From Candidatus Hydrogenedentota bacterium (GTDB lineage Bacteria > Hydrogenedentota > Hydrogenedentia > Hydrogenedentales > SLHB01), in contig BTWA01000003.1 of the NCBI GenBank assembly GCA_045863295.1, forward strand, positions 225,888 to 289,887: a stretch of DNA of 64,000 bases, in the 5' to 3' direction. This document shows positions 57,030 to 64,000 of this stretch, one piece after another. The notes beneath the pieces are model-generated. The model did no database searches, was not told the DNA's origin, and worked only from the letters and a program-made list of their open reading frames with translations. The number at the start of each line of letters is the position of its first letter. The first letter of the stretch is position 1. Made by a program: the position numbers and the translations under genes.

Positions 57030-58259
57030 ATGATACGCAGGGTAGTGATTACCGGGATGGGCGTCGTTTCGCCCCTGGGAAACGATATTGAATCCTTTTG
57101 GAAAGCCATCGTAAATGGCACGTCCGGAATCGTATCCGTGACCCGTTTCGATCCGTCGGACCTCCCAACCCAAATTGCGGGTCAAGCAGCCGACGTCTGT
57201 CCGACGGGCATGGGACCGAAGGACTTGCGCCGTTGCGACCGGTATACCATTTTCGCCCTCGGGGCCGCCGAACAAGCATGGGTGCAATCCGGCCTCACCA
57301 TCGAAAACGAGGTGCCTGAACGCTGCGGCGTCATTGTCGGTAGTGGCATTGGCGGTATCGAAACGCTCGAAGAAGGCCATTCGAAATTCATGACGGAAGG
57401 CCCCCGGCGCTTGTCTCCCTTGACCATACCCAAGTTGCTGTCGAATATCGCCGCGGGCGAGATAGCCATACGGTTCGGCCTGCGCGGACCGAACAAGAGC
57501 GTCGTCACCGCCTGCGCAACCGGCGCCCAAAGCATGGCGGAAGCAGCCATGCTGATACGCCACGGTTTTGCCGATGTCATGGTTTGCGGCGGCTCCGAAG
57601 CCCCCATTACACCCTTTGCCATGGCCGGATTCTGCGCGATGAAGGCGCTCTCCCGCCGAAACGATGAACCGCAGCGGGCAAGTCGGCCATTCGACGTGGA
57701 CCGGGACGGATTTGTCATGGGCGAAGGCGCGGGCGTGCTCGTGCTGGAATCCGAAGAACACGCCAAGGCGCGCGGCGCGGTCATTCTGGGTGAATATGCG
57801 GGGCACGGCGAGACGTGCGACGCATATCACATGACCTCGCCATTGCCGGACGGGTCCGGTGCCGCGGCAGCCATGCGCATCGCCCTGCAGGATGCCAAGG
57901 CCGAGGCATCCCAAGTGGGCTACTTCAATGCTCACGGTACAAGCACCAAGTACAACGACGCTGCCGAGTCCCTGGCGTTGCGAGCGGTATTTGGCGACTC
58001 GATGCCCCCGGTCAGTTCCACCAAATCGATGATTGGCCACTTGCTGGGCGCTGCTGGCGCCGTCGAGGCCATCGTCTGTCTGTTGTCGATCCGCGACGGA
58101 ATTCTGCCCCCCTCCATCAATTGCGATAATCAGGATCCTGAGTGCCCCGTAAATCTCATTGCAGGCGCCGCACGCGAGGCGGAAGTTGCAATGGCTATGT
58201 CCAACTCGTTAGGGTTTGGCGGGCACAACGTATCGATTATTGTAAAACGGTATGCTTGA
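57030..58259 (+). CDS. fabF: Beta-ketoacyl-ACP synthase II
   Basis: RRVVITGMG, TACATG, RPFD, NAHGTST, KSMIGHLLGAAG, GFGGHN. Confidence 0.96.
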   Translation: MIRRVVITGMGVVSPLGNDIESFWKAIVNGTSGIVSVTRFDPSDLPTQIAGQAADVCPTGMGPKDLRRCDRYTIFALGAAEQAWVQSGLTIENEVPERCGVIVGSGIGGIETLEEGHSKFMTEGPRRLSPLTIPKLLSNIAAGEIAIRFGLRGPNKSVVTACATGAQSMAEAAMLIRHGFADVMVCGGSEAPITPFAMAGFCAMKALSRRNDEPQRASRPFDVDRDGFVMGEGAGVLVLESEEHAKARGAVILGEYAGHGETCDAYHMTSPLPDGSGAAAAMRIALQDAKAEASQVGYFNAHGTSTKYNDAAESLALRAVFGDSMPPVSSTKSMIGHLLGAAGAVEAIVCLLSIRDGILPPSINCDNQDPECPVNLIAGAAREAEVAMAMSNSLGFGGHNVSIIVKRYA

Positions 58260-58968
58260 GGACGAACAGCGGGCACACGATCTGAAAACGATTCAAGCGC
58301 GGCTCGGTTTCCAGGTTCAAACGTTGCCGCTGCTGGATCGTGCCCTCACCCATGCGTCCACGGCTGCCGAATCGGACGGACCCACGTACAATTACGAATC
58401 ATTGGAGTTCTTGGGCGATGCAGTCCTTGGACTTGCGGTAGGCCATTATCTCTTTGACCGGCAACCGGATTTGACTCCGGGCGAATACAGTCGAATGCGG
58501 GCCGGCGTGGTGAATCGGCGATGCCTGGCTCGCGTGGCGGGTCGCGTGGGAATCGCGCCATTCATCCGGCTGGGCCGGGGAGAAGAGTTGGCCGGCGGAC
58601 GCGATCGGGCATCGCTACTTGCGGACTGCATGGAAGCGATGATCGGAGCAATCTACTGGGACCAGGGATTCGAAGCGGCCAAGGGATTTGTGTACAAGGT
58701 TTTCGGTCCGGAGTTGGATGAGATCCTCACGGCAGAACCCGTGTGGGATTACAAGTCCAGGCTGCAACACTATTGTCAGGCAGAACGCATCGCACTGCCT
58801 CGGTTTGATGTAATCCGATCCGAAGGTCCGGATCATTGCAAGGAATTTGAAGTCGAAGTCTCGATCCGAGGGACTCCTGTGGGGCGGGGAATCGGATCAA
58901 GCAAGAAAGAAGCAGAGCAAAATGCGGCACGTGTCGCCCTCATGGCAGAAGGCGTGCGCGTTATTTGA
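58252..58968 (+). CDS. rnc: Ribonuclease III
   Basis: ALTHAS, YESLEFLGDAVL, ADCMEAMIGAIY, DYKSRLQ, dsRBD SKKEAEQNAA. Confidence 0.96.
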   Translation: MLEDEQRAHDLKTIQARLGFQVQTLPLLDRALTHASTAAESDGPTYNYESLEFLGDAVLGLAVGHYLFDRQPDLTPGEYSRMRAGVVNRRCLARVAGRVGIAPFIRLGRGEELAGGRDRASLLADCMEAMIGAIYWDQGFEAAKGFVYKVFGPELDEILTAEPVWDYKSRLQHYCQAERIALPRFDVIRSEGPDHCKEFEVEVSIRGTPVGRGIGSSKKEAEQNAARVALMAEGVRVI

Positions 58969-59292
58969 CTCGTCGAGTTCGATCCGGACTTAATCTCGGA
59001 TTGAGTATATAGCAGCAAAGCAACGGAAATGGTCCCTGCGGGGGACGCTTACACCGATTGCTTTTGAAGCCAACGAGATGTTGCCGTGCCGGCTGGGGTG
59101 AATGGCGGTTCATGCGGCGGCGGCATCACGAATACGGAGGGTTGCGTCCATAGAGGCAGGCAGTAACGGGCACAAAGCCATCGTGTCGCAAACGGCAGTC
59201 AGGCGCCAGGCGATACGGCGGAATAAACCAGAACATGAACCGCAAGCAGCCGGGTGCAACCCGGCCTGACCGAGTAGGGGGTTAGAGGCGTC

Positions 59293-61392
59293 ATGAATGG
59301 CATTGGATTTCTGGATATCTCCATCTTTGCGGGCCTCTGCGCACTCGCGTTTGTGGGCTACCTCGCCAAGTACGTATTGTCGAAACCCCAGGGTAATCAG
59401 CGCATGGCCCAGATTTCGTTGCTGGTCCAGCAAGGCGCCCGCGCGTTCTTACGCCGCGAATACACCTATGTCTCACTCTTCGTGGGTGCCATCTTTCTTG
59501 CGCTCACGTTGATCGGCGTCCTCGACAACGCAAATATCTTCGAAAAAGACCTCCATCTGGATTGGCGTACGGGGGTCGCGTTTGTCGCAGGCGCGCTCGC
59601 CAGCACCGCTGCCGGGTTCCTCGGCATGGGCATCGCCACGCGATCGAATTCGCGCACGGCGGCCGCCGCGGAAAGTGGCGGCGTTAAGGCCGCACTGGAT
59701 GTCGCCGTGAGCGGCGGAGCCGTCATGGGCATGGGGGTTGTCGGTATCGCCCTTATCGGCCTGGCCGTAGTATACAAAGTCTTCGGAGGCGACCCAGTCA
59801 TTGTAAACGGATATGCCATGGGCGCGTCCCTGGTCGCGCTGTTTGCACGGTCGGGCGGCGGCATTTTCACCAAAGGCGCGGACATGGGCGCCGATCTGGT
59901 TGGCAAAGTGGAAGCGGGAATTCCGGAAGATGATCCACGCAATCCCGCCGTAATCGCCGATAACGTAGGCGACAATGTCGGCGATGTCGCCGGATTGGGA
60001 GCGGATCTGCTCGAATCGTATGTGGAATCGATTATTGCGACGCTGGCCATATCCGCCACCATGTTTGTCGGCTTGTCGGTTGTAGCTCCGGGGGCGGCGG
60101 AATTCGTTCGAGCGTTTCCCTTTATCGTCGCCGCGATCGGCATCTTCGCCTCGATCGCCGGTGTCATGTATGTCAAGATATTTGCTCAATCCAACCCGCA
60201 GAGCGCCCTGATGAACGGCACCTACATCAGCGCCGTACTTACGATTGCCGGCATCGGCCTGTACTCCTGGAAGTTTGGCATGCCCTTCGAAATGACTACG
60301 GGGGAATCCGTAATGCAGGTCGCGTGGTGGGGGCCGTTTGCCGCCGCCGTGCTCGGGATATTGTCGGGGGCGGGCGTGGGATTCACAAGCGAATACTTCA
60401 CCTCCGGCCGGTACAATCCGGTGCGAAAACTCGCCGAGCGCTGCCAGACCGGACCAGCCATCGCCGTGACAGACGGTACCGCCGTCGGCATGCAAAGCAC
60501 CGCTGCCCCGGTAATTATTCTCGCCATCGCTGTAGTTCTCGCATATCAATGTTGCGGGGTGTATGGGGTCGCCATAGCAGCGCTGGGTATGCTGGCCACG
60601 ACGGGAATGGTTGTGGCGGTGGATTCCTACGGCCCCATTGCCGACAATGCCGGCGGCATTGCCGAAATGAGCCATCTCGACCCAAAGGTTCGTGCCATCA
60701 CCGACAATCTGGATGCCGTAGGCAACACAACGGCAGCCATCGGCAAAGGTTTTGCCATTGGGTCGGCCGCATTTGCCGCCATAGGCTTGCTCAGCGCATT
60801 CATGATGGCAACGGGCCTGCACGGCGCGCAAACCTCGCTGAGCGACCCGCTTATCCTCGCAGGCATTCTCATCGGCGCCATGTTGCCGTTCTTCTTTTCT
60901 TCCCTGTTGTTTCGTGCAGTCGGCAAATGCGCGGACACCATGATCATTGAAGTGCGCCGGCAATTCCGGGATATACCAGGCCTGAAAGAAGGCAAAGAAG
61001 GCGTCGTGCCCGACAGCGCCACCTGCGTCTCCATCGCCACGCAGGGCGCCATTCTCGGAATGCTCGGACCGGGCATGCTTGCCATCGTATTTCCGATTGT
61101 TATCGGCGTGATCCTCGGCGCCGAGGGACTGGCGGGCATGCTCGTGGGGGCAATCGCCACCGGGGTAATGTTGGGCATCCAGACCGCCAACTCGGGCGGC
61201 GCCATGGACAACGCCAAGAAATACATCGAAGAGGGCCACTTTGGCGGCAAGCACTCCGAAGCGCACAAAGCGGCCGTCGTGGGCGACACAGTGGGCGACC
61301 CTTTGAAAGACACCGTAGGTCCCTCGATTAACATTCTGATTAAATTGATGTGCGTGATCTCACTGGTGCTTGCACCAATTTTCGCACTCTAG
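59293..61392 (+). CDS. hppA: Membrane-integral pyrophosphatase, K+-dependent type, probably Na+-translocating
   Basis: GGIFTKGADMGADLVGKVE, DNVGDNVGD, ADLLESY, GNTTAA (Ala = K+-dependent signature), GDTVGDPLKDT. Confidence 0.95.
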   Translation: MNGIGFLDISIFAGLCALAFVGYLAKYVLSKPQGNQRMAQISLLVQQGARAFLRREYTYVSLFVGAIFLALTLIGVLDNANIFEKDLHLDWRTGVAFVAGALASTAAGFLGMGIATRSNSRTAAAAESGGVKAALDVAVSGGAVMGMGVVGIALIGLAVVYKVFGGDPVIVNGYAMGASLVALFARSGGGIFTKGADMGADLVGKVEAGIPEDDPRNPAVIADNVGDNVGDVAGLGADLLESYVESIIATLAISATMFVGLSVVAPGAAEFVRAFPFIVAAIGIFASIAGVMYVKIFAQSNPQSALMNGTYISAVLTIAGIGLYSWKFGMPFEMTTGESVMQVAWWGPFAAAVLGILSGAGVGFTSEYFTSGRYNPVRKLAERCQTGPAIAVTDGTAVGMQSTAAPVIILAIAVVLAYQCCGVYGVAIAALGMLATTGMVVAVDSYGPIADNAGGIAEMSHLDPKVRAITDNLDAVGNTTAAIGKGFAIGSAAFAAIGLLSAFMMATGLHGAQTSLSDPLILAGILIGAMLPFFFSSLLFRAVGKCADTMIIEVRRQFRDIPGLKEGKEGVVPDSATCVSIATQGAILGMLGPGMLAIVFPIVIGVILGAEGLAGMLVGAIATGVMLGIQTANSGGAMDNAKKYIEEGHFGGKHSEAHKAAVVGDTVGDPLKDTVGPSINILIKLMCVISLVLAPIFAL

Positions 61393-61451
61393 TCCATACT
61401 TCTTGCAGGCGGCTAGACCCTACAGCCTGTAGGAAAATGCCGGAAATGACT

Positions 61452-61488
61452 GTGCCGGGAGTCTTGCGGCTCCCGGCACTCTTATTTT
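61452..61488 (+). terminator. Probable intrinsic terminator after hppA
   Basis: GTGCCGGGAG-tcttgcgg-CTCCCGGCAC then TCTTATTTT. Confidence 0.7.
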
Positions 61489-61608
61489 CGCCCAAGCCTG
61501 TGGTAAACTTGAGCCGCGTCGCAGGGCTTCCGCCCGTGACCCATGCATGTGGAGCAATTATCCCAAGGTCGCATTGGACCGCCATCAAACTGAATAGGAC
61601 CCTTTGCA

Positions 61609-63504
61609 ATGTCTTGTTTGCGCGCCTCATTTTGCCTGATGTTCGCGGTGTCCATGCTGCCTTCCCTGGGTGCGAACGCCCAGGATCCCAATCCTCCCTC
61701 CATTCATTCCGATCGGGGAGCATGGCCAATCCGGCGGCAATGGAACATGGAAGAAGTGCGCCACTATGCAAAGTGGGTCGAACACCTGTATGAGAAAAAA
61801 ACAAAGGGCACAGTCGAGCAACGGATCGCTAAAGTGGATGTCATGCTCACTGATCCCGATATGAATCTGCTGATGGATCCGGCATTTCTCGGCACCGGGT
61901 CAAACCCTCAATTGCCCGCCGGAACCATTCGCAGCGTTCACAGCATGATCGATTGCGGCAAGTTCACCGCATTCTTGCCCGCGTATTACGCCTACCGCCG
62001 CGCCCTCCCGTGGATGTCCTCGTATGTGCGATCCGGTGGCGGCGATATACGTACCGCGCCGCGCAACTTCCCGGCGGGTGTTGAAAGCAGCTTCACCAGC
62101 CCATCGTTGAGTTCCTTCTTTCTAAACACCATAGGCGGATTCTCATCGGGCAACTACCGGGTTGAGCTGGAAGGTCCAAACGTGGAGTTGTCCGATACCG
62201 TGCCTGTCGGTATTAATCAAGAGTACCTGCTGCCCGGCTGTGTAAATTACGTCGATGGACACTGTCTGCTGCTGGCAAGGGTTACCGACTACGGCGAACT
62301 TCAGTTTATCAACGCCAGTACAACCCATACCCGCGATATCTTTACCTACAACGGAATGAACACAGTCGCGGGCATCACCCCCAGGGGAATCGCCGATCCC
62401 GCCAATCCATGGAGCGGATGCTATCAAGGTCTGCGCGTGTTCCGCTTTCCCATCGCAGAGACAGACTCAAAAGGACGCGTGATCAAAGTCCGCCGACGCA
62501 CCAACGAAGAAATGCGGGAATTCGGATTTTCGACAGAGCAGTATACCGTGCTCGAGGAAATGTATAAGACCCAGCATATCAAGGAAGGCGGTTTTCAACT
62601 GGAATCGTTTCACGATCTCGTCCGGATGCGAATGCGCACGGTCGAGGTCATCAAACCCATGGAATTCATGGAGCAGTATTGCGACGAACTGAAGCAGGTG
62701 TTTGACGAACGAGAGGCGTTTGTTCAGGCGGCCTGGCAAGACGTAAAGCAGAACGGCGGAATCGTGTATCCGGAAGAGCGCTCCGATGAAAATATCTTCC
62801 AGGCCTTCGGCCGCTGGGAAACCTGGAGTTCACCCTCCTCCGACGTCGACCGGCGGAACAAGTACTTCTATCTCGCCGATTGGATGGACTATTGCATCCG
62901 CTGGTTTGGAATCAAACCTGAATTGATCGACCTGGCCGGGTTCGAGAAATACGAAATACGAAGTCAGGCGGATTTGGCCAAGGCATTTGTGCAAGAGAAA
63001 ACGCGCATGTTCCTGGAACGAAAATTCTCCTACACAAAGTCCAATGGACAACCCGTCGAATTGACGTTGCTCGATGTGGAGAATCGCCTGTTTGACCTTT
63101 CGTTCGATCCGAATCATCCTCCCGAACTGCGATGGGGCGCGCCGGAAAACAGCGAAGAACGCGCCGGAATGCCGCAAACCACCACCCCCGTGCCCGGCGG
63201 AGCCCGTGTCGCGATGGACGAAGCCTACCGGCTCCAGTACTTCTACCGGACTGTCTGCCAGCGGGAAACGGAAATGAGCATCCTGCGAGGCATGTTCACC
63301 AGCGGTTTCCCAATTCGCGACCGGCTTGAGGGCCAAATGACCAAGTGGGTCAGCTACAACAAGCCGACCGAGGCCATCGCCATGTGGCTGGGAGAATCAT
63401 CTGAACCCGCCGTGGAAGAGCCCAAGGAACCGGCGCATATCCTCGTCCCCAAAAGCCGATCGGCCATGAGATCCCAGGAAGCGGAGAACGAACGTTCATC
63501 GTGA
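61609..63504 (+). CDS. Secreted hypothetical protein, possible papain-like Cys-His catalytic core
   Basis: 631-aa ORF with signal peptide ending GANA-Q; IDCGKF and DGHCLL motifs. Confidence 0.8.
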   Translation: MSCLRASFCLMFAVSMLPSLGANAQDPNPPSIHSDRGAWPIRRQWNMEEVRHYAKWVEHLYEKKTKGTVEQRIAKVDVMLTDPDMNLLMDPAFLGTGSNPQLPAGTIRSVHSMIDCGKFTAFLPAYYAYRRALPWMSSYVRSGGGDIRTAPRNFPAGVESSFTSPSLSSFFLNTIGGFSSGNYRVELEGPNVELSDTVPVGINQEYLLPGCVNYVDGHCLLLARVTDYGELQFINASTTHTRDIFTYNGMNTVAGITPRGIADPANPWSGCYQGLRVFRFPIAETDSKGRVIKVRRRTNEEMREFGFSTEQYTVLEEMYKTQHIKEGGFQLESFHDLVRMRMRTVEVIKPMEFMEQYCDELKQVFDEREAFVQAAWQDVKQNGGIVYPEERSDENIFQAFGRWETWSSPSSDVDRRNKYFYLADWMDYCIRWFGIKPELIDLAGFEKYEIRSQADLAKAFVQEKTRMFLERKFSYTKSNGQPVELTLLDVENRLFDLSFDPNHPPELRWGAPENSEERAGMPQTTTPVPGGARVAMDEAYRLQYFYRTVCQRETEMSILRGMFTSGFPIRDRLEGQMTKWVSYNKPTEAIAMWLGESSEPAVEEPKEPAHILVPKSRSAMRSQEAENERSS

Positions 63505-64000
63505 AGCGGACTTGAGGACCGTTGCACTTCCGAAAATCTACTCAAAGCTGCCCTACCTGTTGACACGTGACCAAACACTACACCAAGGAATGGGTAACGC
63601 CTATCCCTGACCGGAACGTGTCGCCAGCCCGTTTTCCTCCTTGAAATTCCACTTCATCACCCCTTCGGGGGATCAATACGCGGGTAGCATTATGGAAAGT
63701 TGGAACTCTCCAAAAATATGGTAAAATAGAAATTGGTCTGGAGGACCGTCTCCAAGTACAAGTAAATCACCGGACGAACGGCCGCAAATACCCTGACTAG
63801 ACTGCAAATGCAAGTTCCAGGACTTTGTTGCGCCCTCGGCCAAGGGTATCCAAATTTGGCGCACGATTTGCCCGATCGAGTCAATAAAAGAAACGGCCAG
63901 CAAGGCATGGCTCTTATCTTTGTGGTGCTGGCCGTTATCGCCATTCTAGACTGCTTTAACTTATTATGCCTACGGTGATATACTGTGGTCATGAGATCTA

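Noticed and set aside
59074..59253. 6S RNA, tmRNA or RNase P RNA call for the rnc-hppA intergenic region
   Set aside because: No tRNA-like ends, no GAGGAAAGTCC core, and no continuous rod with central bubble could be built by eye
59473..61266. 597-aa minus-strand ORF
   Set aside because: Antisense shadow of hppA
63673..64000. AT-richer window end with two short minus-strand ORFs
   Set aside because: No motif or consistent frame; may be the edge of a gene or island but cannot be supported from this window

Overview
GC-rich bacterial chromosomal window with about 47 protein genes, 2 tRNAs and no CRISPR array, rRNA, phage or transposase gene. Two DUF1559/H-X9-DG prepilin-like genes and a PSD1-cytochrome/DUF1501 pair suggest Candidatus Hydrogenedentota or a PVC-like lineage (inference). 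Housekeeping genes: acpP-fabF-rnc, mnmA, moeA, pepF, yhaM-like, hppA, bactofilin plus M23 peptidase. There are many esterases and glycosidases. Most notable: (1) a canonical-looking tRNA-Leu with the rare A34 anticodon AAG; (2) directly downstream, an unannotated 33-aa uncharged Leu-rich peptide gene with its own promoter, structured leader, SD and terminator; (3) a two-gene operon of a PspA/IM30 (ESCRT-III superfamily)-like protein and a classic-clade AAA+ ATPase, bracketed by inverted REPIN-like arrays; (4) a GntR/ABC operon with two tandem ~1045-aa membrane paralogs that have pseudopilin-like C-termini and share a 71-bp perfectly identical block; (5) a GH2-like and a histidine-kinase-like protein that appear catalytically dead; (6) a switch-like structured leader before the membrane pyrophosphatase. 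All calls are by eye from motifs; no database searches were run.
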